Of a stretch of DNA of 64,000 nucleotides, positions 13,769-27,151 are shown piece after piece. The stretch covers positions 1,240,001-1,304,000 of the forward strand of contig NC_042998.1 in assembly GCF_006345805.1 (NCBI RefSeq), read 5' to 3'. Source of the stretch: Octopus sinensis (Eukaryota). Each line of letters begins with the position of its first letter. Position 1 is the first letter of the stretch. The notes below the pieces were generated by a model. The model was not told the DNA's origin and did not search any database. It saw only the letters and a program-made list of their open reading frames with translations. Position numbers and translations under genes: made by a program.

Positions 13769-15002
13769 TGAATCGAGGATTGAATGAAACAATTTAGTAG
13801 AGATACTATTACTAAAGAGAACAATATATTTTCAATAGTTTCTGACAACTCTACTTATAATGTCAAGAAATGTCATAGAATTGTTAAAGACAGATTCTCC
13901 CAAAAATAAAAGATGATTCTGTGTAAAGCTCTGATTTATATACAAAGACATTTTTATAATGTCCTCACACGAGACTATTTGAGTGTGAGAATATTTATAT
14001 GACAATGCTGAACTTCTATCTTATTAACCAAACTTGATAAGATACATGTCATTGTAAAGTCTTTCAAAACGTTATGGTTAGAAAACCATAGCGATTTTTG
14101 TTTGTAATCGAGAGTAGTTTTCAAAAATTAAAAAATAAAAACACACTATCTGAATTGACACGGAGTGAAACGTCAAGCAAACATACTTTTTATCTTCGTA
14201 ATATAATTTATAAATAATGTTTAAATGAATAGTTTAGTGAATCAATTTTTGTTCAGTATTGTTACTCATCGATATAGCAAGGTTAGACGGCAACAAAAGA
14301 AACATTCGACAAAATCTAAAAACAGAAATGTAAAACATCCGTCTATAACTTTTTACTCTGACTTTCTATTGATTGTGAAATCCTTCCACAAAACAAATAT
14401 GACCTACGAAAGGGATTGGTCCCTTAAATACGAAATACAGACAAACATCTACTACAATCACGCCTTAAGTTTTGTTGCAATGGCGTATCAAGTTACTTGC
14501 GAAAGGACAACTTCGAAATTCTGGAATTTTATTTTATTTTCATTTAATTGTTCTACAAACTGCTTTGAAGGAAATTGATTTAAATATGACATTAATTTTT
14601 ACTGCATTAAAATTCGGAACAATCTAAATATTTTAAATATTTTTTCCCGTTTATCGGATATAAAAAAGGAGTACTTTTATAGTCATATCAAAGTATATGC
14701 CCTAGTAGCAAATTGAATTCCTTAAATGCACTCTTGAATATATTTCCGCCGCTCCTAACCATCGAGCTACTTACCAGTTTATAGTGAATGCAACGCTCGA
14801 TTAAATTGCTCGCCCACGCCTTTCCCGGTTCTTTTAAAACTTGATTTACGATCTCTCCCACGAAGACCTTGTACTAATACTGATACACATACACGTATAT
14901 ACATAAATGTACGCATAAGACGCGCGCGCCCACTCATACATACATACATACATACATACATACATACATACATACATACATACATACACATATATCTATA
15001 TA

Positions 15003-15410
15003 CAGGATGCGGTGAATAAACTGTCGTCTAAATTACGCAAAAATAAAAATAACACTGACATCTCATTTTAAAAGATATATTTACCAAAATTACATAAAAT
15101 TATCTTGAAATAATGAAGAGTAAATTTATTCAATAAAATCTCCATAAAATGGCCAATAAAATAGCCACAGTCTCCAGACGACTTCAGAATCTCCTGCAGC
15201 TCTTCTGGACATTCTCTTTGATTAAGTTGGTGAATACTGCTATAACCCTTGCCTTCAGTTCATCTTTTGTGTTACAAGGAGTTTTGTTGGTCTCTCGTTG
15301 AACGGCGCCCCGCACATAATAATCTAAGGGGTTGGAGTCTGGGGAGTTATGCGGTCAGATGTTAGGGTGATGTGGTTGCAGAAATTGTCTGACTGCCATG
15401 ACCGGGTTAA
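15003..15410 (-). pseudogene. 3' end of a Tc1/maT-like DNA transposon
   Basis: Minus strand NSPDSNPLDYYVRGAVQRETNKTPCNTKDELKARVIAVFTNLIKENVQKSCRRF*SRLE (WPPNSPDLNP.D motif); terminus TA|CAGG at 15001. Confidence 0.8.
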
Positions 15411-15531
15411 TAATTGACGTCACTAACATTCACGAAGAAGAGAGACGCTTGAAAATTCTAATATAATCATAGAATTATTTTATCTCCGACCCAAAAAACC
15501 TACCAAGGACAGTTCCTTTTTAACCCTGCAG

Positions 15532-15585
15532 AAGGGACTTGTATGTCCCAAAATATTGGGTACATATAAGACCAAAGATTACCAG
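15532..15585 (+). CDS. Candidate exon (phase 0 to 0), KGLVCPKILGTYKTKDYQ
   Basis: Acceptor ttcctttttaaccctgcag, donor CAG|gtaact, 54 nt open. Confidence 0.35.
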
Positions 15586-15702
15586 GTAACTTACTTTTAC
15601 TTTAAGTTACTTAATCTTAAAATCTATTTGCATTGTTTGGCTTTTTAAATCTTTCAACATTATATTCCATATACAATGTTTCAAGCAAACTATAAAATCT
15701 TA

Positions 15703-15751
<49 letters not shown>

Positions 15752-15767
15752 CGTGTGTGTACATACA

Positions 15768-15799
<32 letters not shown>

Positions 15800-15805
15800 C
15801 ATACA

Positions 15806-15839
<34 letters not shown>

Positions 15840-16094
15840 AAAATCTGCAAGACCTCTGTAAGATTTAAAGGATGATGGTTAAAAGATGACACTTTCCTTC
15901 ATAACCTTGCTACCAAGCAGGTGGTCGATCAAAAGTCTCTCTAAAATTAAAAAAAAGAAGGCAAATACACATACATTGTATATTAGGCGACTTAGAGTGT
16001 TATCATTTACAGACGTAGGTTACTAGTGATAGGAACTTTGCACAGTCGGGTGATACACGTGATACGCATGTATGTAGATTGATATATAAAAAAA

Positions 16095-16680
16095 AAGAAA
16101 TGGAACAAGAACATAACAGATGACAACAAAACATCCGGACATTAGACGATACTAAGAAGGACGGGAAAAAATAAGGATGGGTCGTCCCTGCAGTTTCGGC
16201 CGGTTACACTCAAGACTGCTCCAATCTGGCCGGCCCCAAGAGAATCTGAGCTAAGAGCACTTTGGAAGAAAGCAAGCGAATGTATACGGAAAGAAGGACG
16301 TAAATAACAGAGAAATGGTACACAATTACAAATACAAACAAGACATTAACAACATTTGTCTTTCGACTAAGGACGAATTAAATTAAGCTGGCGTGTATGG
16401 AGTGAATCCTTACGCCAGGAACATGAAGGATGAAAGTCGTGGGAAGGAATATAAGAGATGCTACACGGATGGCAGTCGAACCAAGAAAGATAGGTCAGGC
16501 TTGGAGTAACACCGGTCGCGTGGAAGATGAGAGGAGAGAGGTAGGGGCAGAGGGATTGAAGAATTAGGGAGGGATGAGAAAGAGAGAAGAAAGGAAAGGG
16601 ACATAGAGTAAGGTACAAGGGAGGTAAAAGAGGAGGGAAAGTAATGAGAATGAAAGGAAGACCAAGAATGTGAGAGAGGG
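16095..16680 (-). mobile_element. Probable PLE 3' region with a degenerate hammerhead-like motif
   Basis: Pyrimidine-rich 3' region like that of the PLE at 38.7-40.3 kb; minus strand ..AACCGGCCGAAACTGCAG at about 16190-16210 with no intact CUGANGA. Confidence 0.4.
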
Positions 16681-16681
16681 G

Positions 16682-16815
<134 letters not shown>

Positions 16816-17998
16816 GTAATTTCCTTCACAAGGTCGACCCGAGCCTATCAAAAAAGAGAATCGCTCAACATCGTATGTAGTAGCCTCTGGCACAAATCTT
16901 GTGAATGCGAAGGCAGCCTCTAAACTACTTCGCCCTTTCAGTGCCCACGTGCTTGTGTACTATAAATACGCACATATATTTTCCACGAATTTGTCGATGT
17001 GATTCAATATCAACAGGCTAGTCTTAATTTGAAATTTACGTAATAGTGTCTCTACTGGTGTTTCTTTCTCTAAGACTGTTAATATAATAAGAAGAGTGAC
17101 TGTGAGTGAAAACGCGCATAGGTAAATGTTCTTGTATGTGAGTGCTTGTATGTGTACGTAACTGAATATATCGTTACAAAATCTATACGTATATGCAGAC
17201 CATTAACTGACAAAATTTGCCGTAAAGCTTTAAGTTTTTGGATACGCGTACGGTAAAGTGATATAGAAGCTACTAGATAACTCTTTACTTATACGCTTGA
17301 TATTAAACGAAAACTCGTCACCTGAGGCTATAGTCAGTCGGCTGTGACAGTTATGTACGGATGTATAAAATTATTTTAATTGTATTTGTATTCACTGCCG
17401 CCATTCTGTCGTCTTGTAAATAGACATGGCAATGTCAACAGAAGTATCTATTGTCCACCAAACGGGTAACTGAACGAGATGTAGTCATACCTCATCATTC
17501 TTATCTAAGTTCATTGATCTAAGTCAAGTCGCATGTGGTCATACGATAGTAAGATAATCAGACGTCCCTCCTTATCCATGCAACCGCAAAAAACTCTTAT
17601 CGATGAAACAGATATATTGGCTGCCATTTCATTGGTGTATAATTTCTTCATAGCGTAGAGCTAGACAAAGGCTTCAAAGTCTTAAGAGTTGAGTCCTAAA
17701 TGTAAAGATTAGTCTCTGATGGAACACGACTTAATAAACGTTCAGGACAGAGGTTGTTATTATTTAGGTCCTTTGATCAAAGGTGGAAAACTGTGATCAT
17801 CTCGTAATTTATCCTGGTTACAGTGCCGCTAGTATCTTAAAATCCACTGTGGTCCTTCATAGGTGTGTGTGTGTGTGTGTGCGTGCGTGTGTGAGTGTGT
17901 GCGTGTGTGCGTGTGTGCATGTATGGATGTGCTACGCATCTTTATACGTATATATATTTATATATATATATGTATATATACATATATATATATGTATG

Positions 17999-18041
<43 letters not shown>

Positions 18042-18948
18042 GTATATATATGTGTGTGTGGTGTGTGTGTGTGTATGTATATTCATGTATATGTGCGTGT
18101 GTATACGGATCGAAAGAGTGTGTGTGTGAGCGTGATACATAGATAGATGGAGAGAGAAAGAGAGAGAGAGAGAGGGGGGGAGACTTTACTGCATCTGGTT
18201 GTGGGTCCTGGCTTGAGAATTCCCGGGTTTTGAGGAACTACCTTTTAGCCTCTGTTGTTCCCAGTCTACTTTGACGCAGGATAGTTGAGCTTGTCAGAGT
18301 CCCAGCTATGATTCTATTAGCCTAACAGAGAATTACCACGGAAGAAGATCACTCACAGATACCCACCAAAGGACCCAGGACAGATGAGGCCTTTCAACTC
18401 TTCAGCTACTCATCTAAAAGAAAGTAACTCCATACAAATCCCCACTCCTGATGACAACTACACTCGAGGAATTTGTTGCACTAGGCCAATATAAGTTTGA
18501 AGGATGAGACATTAGGAAAAGTTTGAACAAACCATGCCCATTGTAATGTTCAACCATCGTGCAGAATGTTCAGCAAACCAAGATACCAGCACCTACCATA
18601 ACATTGTCTTCATACGTCCGGCGGCGATGGCGAAAGAGATAACAGGGACAAGTAGAGAGTGACGGCGGAAGTTTTCAGCTTTAACCTTGCACACAGACGG
18701 CCATAGAGTGATGGTCGTTCCTTGCTTGAATCCTCATTTGTCAAAGCGACAAGAGTACACACACAAACTCACACACAAGCACACACACACACACACACAC
18801 ACGCACTCACACATACACACACACGCATGCACGCATGCACACACACACACGCATGCACGCATGCACACACACACACACGCATGCACGCTGCAACTGGGTC
18901 CAGCCTGTTTTGGTTTGCTTTCTATTTCTGGATGCCCTTCATAACGTC

Positions 18949-18981
<33 letters not shown>

Positions 18982-19026
18982 GTATGTATGTATGCATATA
19001 TATACACATATATATATTCATATATT

Positions 19027-19078
<52 letters not shown>

Positions 19079-19089
19079 TATAAAATGTA

Positions 19090-19362
19090 TGTATTACTTT
19101 GTTATTTCCCCTACTTCTTAGCTCTCCGGTGTGACCCTTCTGTCCGACATTCGCCATGATAATCGGTAGCCACTACAAACAGTTTTTTCTCTCTTTGTTT
19201 CTGTTCTTGTTTCTTTCTGTGTTCTTTTCTGTGGAAGAGCGTAGGCTCGAAACGTTAAAGACTTTTTCAATTCCCGAGAGTTATACAAATACATCTGTTT
19301 GTTTTCTACACCATCTGTCTTCGTCTTTTATTTTTTTCGTGAATTCTCCCCACCACCCACCT
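19090..19362 (+). mobile_element. Solo PLE 3' terminus (pLTR), related to the 38.7-kb element end
   Basis: Shares GAAGAGCGTAGGCTCGAAACGTTAAAGACTT and CTGT/GCCTTCGTCTTTT with 38690-38820; flanked by (TA)n. Confidence 0.7.
19225..19261 (+). ncRNA. Minimal type I hammerhead-like motif (core CUGUGGA variant)
   Basis: CUUUU-CUGUGGA-A-GAGC(GUAG)GCUC-GAA-ACGU-U-AAAGA: helix II 4 bp, palindromic ACGU helix III, 4-bp helix I. Confidence 0.55.
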
Positions 19363-19438
19363 ATATATATATATATAAATTGATCAAAATAAATTGATCA
19401 AAATAAAAATAAAAATAAAAACATGAGGCGAAGGATTC

Positions 19439-19518
19439 AGCGGTACATATGTTTCGGGCCTTTATTAGACAGATACATAACAAATCATAATGTATGTCTG
19501 TGGCCTTCTTCAGCCGCT
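19439..19518 (-). ncRNA. Type I hammerhead ribozyme with canonical core
   Basis: AGCGG-CUGAAGA-A-GGCC..long helix II..GGCC-C-GAA-ACAUAUGU-A|CCGCU: 5-bp helix I, 8-nt palindromic helix III, GUA cleavage triplet. Confidence 0.75.
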
Positions 19519-19557
19519 CACAACAGCTTCCACAAGGACATGTGTTAGTTCCGAAAT

Positions 19558-20343
19558 TCTTGGCTGGGGATGCAAATCTTCTCGTTCCCGTACGACAAAA
19601 TGCGGCAGCAGCATCGAATTGAATCGTCCATCTCCTTCTTCTCTCAATGTAGAATGAGGAAACTTGGATGTTGAGGTAATGTAAATAAATAAATACTTAT
19701 AGAGGTGAAGATGGAGGGGCGAGAGTTCGGGTGAGGGATAAAAATATAAAATAATATAAAATAATGTATAAATGTAGATGATAAAGATATAAAGAGTTGT
19801 AAGGAGATGTAAAGGGGTATAAAGGCATAATGTTGTAAAGTAAAAATAGAAATGGAAATAATAGTAAAGAAGTAAAGGAACCTGATAAAAACATGATAAA
19901 AGTGTAAAAGAATGTAGGGATAAGGGATGTATAGAGGTCGCGGACCCAGCATGGTGGTCAGAGATGATAGTCCGCGACCTCTATACATCCCTTATCCCTA
20001 ATTCATGTTTTTATCAGGTTCCTTTACTTCTTTTACTATTATTTCCATTCTATTTTTTTACTTACAACATTATGCCTTTATACCCCTTTACATCTCCTTA
20101 CAACTCTTTATATCTTTATCATCTACATTTATACATTATTTTATATTATTTTATATTTTTTATCCCTCGCCCCGAACTCTCGCCCCTCCATCTTCACCTC
20201 TATACGTATTTATTTATTTACATTACCTCACATCCAAGTTTCCTCATTCTACATTGAGAGAAGAAGGAGATGGACGATTCAATTCGATGCTGCTGCCGCA
20301 TTTTGTCGTACGGGAACGAGAAGATTTGCATCCCCAGCCAAGA
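19558..20343. repeat. Fold-back palindrome 1 (arms 19558-19945 and 19970-20343, 24-nt spacer), PLE-derived
   Basis: Arms read as reverse complements with few mismatches and one indel of about 15 nt; the left arm continues on the minus strand into the hammerhead at 19439-19518 and ends in (TA)n. Confidence 0.9.
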
Positions 20344-20389
20344 TATATATATAATATATATATATAATATTATATATATAATATATATA

Positions 20390-20429
<40 letters not shown>

Positions 20430-20434
20430 ACTGG

Positions 20435-20710
20435 TATTCTTTCAGCTACGACAACAAGTATTCCAGTTCATCCGATCAACGGAACAGCTTGCTCGTGGAA
20501 TTAAGTGTAAGTGGCTGAGCACTCCACAGTCACGCGTACTCTTAACCTAGTTCTCAGTGAGATTCAGCGTGACACAGAATGTGACAAGGCTGACCCCTTA
20601 AAATACAAGAATTACTCACGCTGAGGACTAGAGCAACGTGAACGCGCCGCCGGAAATTGAACTATCAACCTTACGATCGCAAGCTGAATACCCTGATCAC
20701 TGAGCCATGC
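20435..20710 (-). mobile_element. SINE family C
   Basis: Reverse complement of the 12243-12565 family, internally deleted. Confidence 0.75.
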
Positions 20711-20752
20711 ACTTTATATGTGCGCGCGCGAGTGTGTATAAATATACATATA

Positions 20753-21210
20753 CGAGTTGTAGTCAAAAAGTATCCGACATTTGGCCAAACAGGTAATATT
20801 AGAAAGTTACCATTTTGATTTAGTTTACAACAAAGTATTCGCCTTCGGAGTCCACACACTTCTCCCTGCGTTCCTGTCACTGCTGGAAGTATTTCTGGGA
20901 ATCACTTTTGGGGATGCTTCAGAGCTCTACTGTCGAAATTTGCTTAATGTCTTCTGCTGACTCAAATTTTTTTCCTTTGAGTGTTTTCTTTCTTTCTTTT
21001 CTTTTTTTTTTAGCTTTTGAGTCTGGAGAATAGGAAACGTGACTAACAAGTGAAGTGTTTTATTTGACGAGGAATGCTTAGACGACGTGAGTGGAATGAG
21101 CGGGTGCGTTGTCATGGTGGAATTGTCAGTTCCTTACTGCCCACAGGTCGGATCGTTTTAGCCGCACAGCTTCACGAAGGCGACGAAGAACTCCCAGGCA
21201 GTATGACCTT
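20753..21210 (-). pseudogene. 3' part of a mariner transposon
   Basis: Minus strand HDNAPAHS, KKTLKGKKFESAEDIK, FQQ*QERREKCVDSEGEYF; terminal TA|CGAG at 20751. Confidence 0.75.
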
Positions 21211-21280
21211 GGTGTGCATATGTATATACATACATATGTATATACATACATATGTATGCATGCGCGTGAATGCGGGTGTA

Positions 21281-21315
<35 letters not shown>

Positions 21316-21496
21316 AATATATGTATGTTTGTATGTATTATGTATGAATGTGTGTAATTGAAGCTAAGGAATTCACGGGATCCTTTATTAATCATTTAAT
21401 AAAGATTAATAAAGGATTTCTTGAATTCCATTTTATATTTCCCTCATTTGTTATATGTATGTATGCATGTGTTTATGTGTGTACATATGTGCGTAC

Positions 21497-21538
<42 letters not shown>

Positions 21539-21539
21539 G

Positions 21540-21583
<44 letters not shown>

Positions 21584-21781
21584 GTGTGTGCGTGCGTGTC
21601 TGCATAGGATTATACGCGTGCTCCGGCTCTTTGTGTTCTGATGCTGGTCCTTGCAACGGTGTTGTTGGCAAGCTGTAGCAGTTCTTGGCTGTTCTTGAGA
21701 TAGCATTGTTGATGTAGAGAGAAGAGACTTGCATTTAAAATGACGTCGTTCTTTAATAGTGCTGACCACATTAGTTTTCAG

Positions 21782-21853
21782 AAGACGGAACGAGTATCTC
21801 TGATATGGAGAGAAAAGACTTGCATGAAGAACAACAGCTAGTCTTCTATCAAA
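21782..21853 (+). CDS. Candidate exon (phase 1 to 1), EDGTSISDMERKDLHEEQQLVFYQ
   Basis: Acceptor ttagttttcag, donor AAA|gtaagt, 72 nt open; paralogous block at 27.1 kb. Confidence 0.4.
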
Positions 21854-22709
21854 GTAAGTAACCTTGCTATACCTGCACCTTGAAAGGGAACATTGCTGAT
21901 GCGGAGCCGAAGGCTCAACATACATTTGGAGATTTTCTTTTTTGTTTCTGAAACATTTCAAGTGCTGAAATAAAATTTGAAGTGTCATTCCGAAATATGT
22001 TTTGGTTACATATTTGTGAATGAAACCTATTGTTTTATATTGTACTTGATTTCTTGCTAAAGCCAAATTAAGTGGTCCTTGTAACGACAAACCCTAAATA
22101 TCAATAGATATAAATTCTTCTATAAGGAGTTAGCAAAAGAGCTTGAACCTGATCGCTAGACCTGTTGAAAATACTAGCTGAGTCGCTCTTCAATTACACT
22201 GCACCTTGTTGGAAAACGAGGTTGCAGTGTACTTCTAGACACACAATGCGTGATAATGACGTAATCGTAACAGTTGGAATGCTTTTGATCGCAAGTCTCC
22301 TCGATCAAAGTTGACAACATGCTAAGCAACAACAACAACAGCTTTTATTGGTAATGTACAAGTTTAATGTAACATAAGTAGAATACCTCTACTTATAATG
22401 GCTACTTTATTGTCAGGTAAAGAAAGATGGTGTTAGGGGTACCTCAAGTGAATACGTCTCAGTGTTATGAGTTACTTTTGATGATACTGTGTTTCAACGT
22501 CTGATAAACTCATCACTTCTTCTGATATACTGAAAGCAAATGGCGAAGCCTTTATATCTGTGGTTCTCAGCATTTTGTAGCTCAGTACTTCCTTTAACAA
22601 GAATAGCTTTCTACAAACTCCCCTTCCCATGTCCTACAAAAAGAGGGAAAAACAACATACAACAGACATAATATATTGCTTTAGTCAAGCAATATAATTC
22701 ACTCCTGCT

Positions 22710-23275
22710 TTAGTCAAGCAAGAGCAAATTTTGCATGAAAGTCCCCAGAAACTACACTCAATATCAAAAGAAGCAAAGAAAATATAAAGGAATTAAAGAT
22801 CACCGAGACTAAAGCGCATCTCGATAAAACAGAAGAAACAACAGTGAAAGCAGAACAAATGAAGGTAGAAAAGAAATCAGATGGACTTCCAGAGCGTAAG
22901 GTATTGCACAGTAAATACTCTGCAAGCGCCAGTGATTCCGATGTTGGTTCATACATGGCCCATCAGTGGTTATTAGCATCTGGACTTCAATCAGACAAAC
23001 ATTAAGTTTCGTTATGGCAGCTCAGAATCGATGTCTGCTCCCTAGAAATTAGCAAACCGGGATCCTTAAAATGATAATGATATTTTCAGTTGCTTCGTCG
23101 TACAACCAGAGAAACAATTGACTAATGCATGTATGTCTGCTCTTAAGTAAACCTCAACTGAGTATACTAAACGACGTTTGCACTGAATCATATGCACTGG
23201 ACAATTTGTTGTCAGTTTGGAATCAGATATGCGAAAAACTAGTGGGAACATAAGCCTGACATATTCTCTTATACA
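22710..23275 (+). pseudogene. R4/Dong-like LINE fragment (C-terminal region)
   Basis: VLHSKY..AHQWLLASGLQS, FVMAAQNRCLLPRN, TSTEYTKR, HWTICCQFGIRYAKN*WEHKPD. Confidence 0.65.
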
Positions 23276-23277
23276 AA

Positions 23278-23369
23278 TGCACCTTGGGCAAGTGTCTTCT
23301 ACTATAGCCTCGGGCCGACCAAAGCCTTGTGAGTGGATTTGAAAGACGGAAACTGAAGGAAGCTCGTCG

Positions 23370-23421
<52 letters not shown>

Positions 23422-23638
23422 ATATGTTTGTGTGTCTGTGTTTGTCCCCCAACATCGCTTCACAACCGATGCTGGTGTGTTTACGGCCCCGTAACCTAGC
23501 GGTTCAGAAAAAGAGACCGATAGAATAAGTACTAGGCTTACAAAGAATAAGTCCTGGGGTCGATTTGCTCGACTAAAGGCGGTGCTCCAGCATAGCTACA
23601 GTCACATGACTAAAACAAGTAAAAGAGTAAAAGAGTAA
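23278..23638 (+). mobile_element. SINE family A, 5'-truncated
   Basis: Near-consensus body and tail. Confidence 0.85.
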
Positions 23639-24467
23639 CCAAGTTCGATCATGAGCCAATTTTTAAATTATTTGCGAAGACTAGTGCTTCCTATGTTAAA
23701 ATTTTATGAAAATTATTAAAGATGAGTACTTATATAATGAAATTATATTGTGCAATGGTACGTCATCAGTTATGTTTCGGTTTACTGGGATCATAATTCT
23801 CAATTCAAATTTAAATCCTGATGGCGATGTCGTTGAAAATGTGTTTGAAATATAAGTCTCGTAGCTTGTTTAGATATTTTATTTCTATTAAAAATCTTAA
23901 GATTCACCAGAGCTCATATCGTCGTCGTTTGACGTTTATCGCCCCTTGTGAGCTAACAATGCTCAGCAAGGGGGCGCTACAAACCAAGTTAAGAACCATT
24001 GTTCTATATGGTCGTTCAACCAGCTAAAAGTACCTTTCAAATCACATCTTTAGTTTTAAAACCATAAAATTATTTTGAACAAAATGCACTGAGGTAGACT
24101 GTATCAGAAAAGAATGAATGATCGTATCTAGACAACTTTTTGTGGTAGATTTGCTCAACCAGAGCTGACCCGGAGCTTTAAAAAATGCACAACTGTCAGT
24201 GATTAAAAGACTAAAGAAGAAGAGAAGAAAAAAATCAGTGTCTTGCTGTCGAGAAAGTTTCTACGAGGTCGCACCATTCATTAAAAACAGTAGCGAAATC
24301 TACCTTAAATCACGCTTTATTATTTCAAATAAAGAAATACTTCATTATATAACTTAGTTCTACGTATAGCCTTATAAAATATGTAATTATCACAGCTGGA
24401 ATACCTTTGATTATATATGTCTACTCCATCATGGCTGACAACAGACATTCTATACAATGTCCCAGCC

Positions 24468-24505
<38 letters not shown>

Positions 24506-24589
24506 TATTATTATTATTATTATCATCATTATTATTCGATTTGACTCAGGGTTTTTTCTTATTAATAATAATAATAATCCTTTCTACTA

Positions 24590-24750
24590 AAGGCACACTG
24601 CCTGAAATTTGGGGAGAAATTATATTGACCCCGAAAGGATGAAAGGCAAAGTCGACCTTGGCGGAATTTGAACTCAGAACGTAAAGACGAACGAAGTGCC
24701 GCTGAACATTTTGTCCGGCGTGTTAACGATTCTGTCAGCTCGCCACCTTC
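24590..24750 (-). mobile_element. SINE family B
   Basis: GACCCCGAAAGGATGAAAGGCAAAGTCGACC..CAGCTCGCCACCTT. Confidence 0.8.
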
Positions 24751-24959
24751 TTTAGGTTCTGAAATATTAATGACCGCATATTTCGATTCTGCCAGCTCGC
24801 TGCCTTATTATATTTTATTATGGCTTTGTCGTTGTTGTTGCTTTGTTTTATAAGAGCTGTTCCATGTTTCATTCAAAGTCTTCGAAGTCTTCATCCAAGA
24901 TAGTTTATTTACGAAGTCATGTGATAGAAAAAAGAAGAAAATTCATAGCGACAAAGCTC

Positions 24960-25880
24960 TTCTCAGTACGGGTGAGGTACCAGTAAAGACAACTTTTTAC
25001 ACTTCCTGTATGGACGGTAAACCAGGGATCATCCTCAAATAATTTTCACTTCCCTTTTGATCATTCCAAATGCTCCTACAATCACTGGTATTGTAACCGT
25101 CTTGAGATACCACAACTTTTCTATTTCCATTAGTAAATCTTTATATTCAGTGAGCTTATCAAATCTTTTTGCAGAGATATTGTTCATCAATAAACAGAAT
25201 TTATTGTTTTCAGTCTTTCATAACAATATCTGGTTTGTTAACTTTGATGGTCTAGTCTGTATACCCTGGAAAGTCCCAAAGAGTCGTTACATTTTCTCCC
25301 TTAATTACAGCCTCAGAATGGTGCTTGTACCATTTGTCAGCAGTTTTGATTTTATAATGCCGAGTGTAGATAGATACTGACCAACTCTGTCATGTCTAGA
25401 TTTATACTCCACGGGTGCTGAAATCTTACACCCAGAGATTAGGTGAGGTGATCCACGGTTTCAATCTTATCGTTACAGTATCGGCGCTTTGGGTCTACTC
25501 TATTTTTCATCACGTTGGCTTGATAGTTCCAGGTCAATAAGCGCTGACCTTGAGCAGCCAAGATAAAGCCTTCGCTCTCTGCTTTTAACCCTGAGCTCCG
25601 TAGCCACTGATGGATGTGTTTCTGGTCTACATTAGCTTGTTTGCCACGGGTTACATATATGCCATGCAGAGAGGTTTTCTTCTCACCTATGTTCAAACGC
25701 TTTTTCCTTTGCCACTGACTTCACCTCCTTTGCAACAACAGTTGCCACACTTCCATCATGCTGTTCAATCTGGATAAAATGCATGAATTCAATAATAAAC
25801 TTTTTGATCTCCTTCATGACAGAATGAAGCTTCTTACGTCTCTCGTGGTTTTTAACGAGTTTTAGCATCCAGTCATTAGA
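24960..25880 (-). pseudogene. R4/Dong-like LINE 3' fragment with restriction-like endonuclease region
   Basis: LHGIYVTRGKQANVDQKHIHQWLRSSGLKAESEGFILAAQGQRLLTWNYQ, YCNDKIETVDHL, TLWDF..TD..IKVNKPDIV, EIEKLWYLKTVTIPVIVGAFG. Confidence 0.75.
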
Positions 25881-25959
25881 TGTTTCAAGATATTTGACCA
25901 GTCCAATTGTGATTATAATTATTATTAAATTCAGTGGATTGGTATAATTGTTACAGCTT

Positions 25960-26140
25960 CGGTAAGAAAACCTTGCGATATTTCTATTTTCTTTTCACGT
26001 TCTGAGTTCAAATGCCGCCGAGGTCATTTTACCTTACATTTCTCCAAGGTCTGTTAAGATAAAGTACGGGTCTAATACTGGGGTCGATGATGTCTGCTTA
26101 AAATTGTTGGACTTGTGCTTTAAATTAGAAACATTTCTAA
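25960..26140 (+). mobile_element. Degenerate SINE family B
   Basis: CACGTTCTGAGTTCAAATGCCGCCGAGGTC..CTGGGGTCGATG. Confidence 0.65.
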
Positions 26141-26677
26141 ATGCGCTTAGGGCGCCGCAACTATCTTACATACACTCGTATACAAGTCCAGCATTCTTAA
26201 GCTGTGGAGTTATGTCGTAGAGACACTGTCGCGTGTATGACAGATCCGGCTAACGGCTGATATCATCGTGAAAATCTCTCAGCCATATTTTAACCAGGAA
26301 GATAGTCAGCTGTCGTCTGCTTTTTGTCAATGGTGAAAGATGTGTGGTAGACGAGATTGAAAGCTTTCCTCGACTATTTTTAAATACCATTAAAAGAGGA
26401 AGATGCAGACAGAGAGTGGGGTGCTGCTCCCAAATATATTTATTAAAATGTGAGCGAATGTAACAAAGATGGCCCGGGTGAGTAGGCCTACTCTGAGCTT
26501 GCACTTATAGGTTGAAGAGTACGGGCGGGAAAGTGACATCTTCCTTTGGTGCCTTTGTCCCTTGGGATGATCCAGGACCGATGAGGTTCCCAGTGAGTTT
26601 GCTCCTGGATGGTACAATCCCTTTTTGAGTAATTTTGTTATTAACCAATTTTCTTGCTGATAATTATTTGTTTAATG

Positions 26678-26900
26678 AAGGCGGCGAGCTGGCAGAATCG
26701 TTAGCATGCCGGGCGAAATACTTAGCGGCATTCTGTCCTTCTTCACGTTCTAAGTTCAAATTCCGCCGCGGTCGGCTTTGCCTTTCATCCTTTAGGAGGC
26801 CGATAAAATAAGTACTAGTTGAGCAATGGGGTCACTAGAATCGGCTTACGCCCCTCACTCGAATTTGCTGGCCTTGTACCAAAATTTGAAACTAATTATT
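26678..26900 (+). mobile_element. SINE family B
   Basis: GAAGGCGGCGAGCTGGCAGAATCGTTAGC head with intact core. Confidence 0.85.
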
Positions 26901-27056
26901 ATTGCTTTAATGCTTATATGTGTAAATGACCTTTGTCTCTGTATTGTCCTATATTTTTTCGGCTCTTGTGGCCAATAAAATACTACTACTACTGCTGCTG
27001 CTGCTGCTACCATTTACAGCTCCTAAAGTAACAAACGCCTGTTTCTGTAATTACTG

Positions 27057-27071
27057 TCACAAAATTTTATT
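27057..27071 (-). CDS. Candidate terminal exon of the minus-strand gene (NKIL*)
   Basis: Acceptor tttctctactttcacag; phase 0 matches exon 28398-28465; very short, could be chance. Confidence 0.2.
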   Translation of the reverse strand, partial: NKIL

Positions 27072-27151
27072 CTGTGAAAGTAGAGAAACTTTAAATTGCT
27101 TCCTTTTCACGTTTAAAATGTCGTTCTTTAATATTCCAGATCAGTTTTCAG

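Noticed and set aside
17075-17548. Further + strand micro-exon candidates (about 17075-17121 and 17510-17548)
   Set aside because: Splice signals are plausible, but no unambiguous phase path links 15585 to 21782, so chance cannot be excluded.
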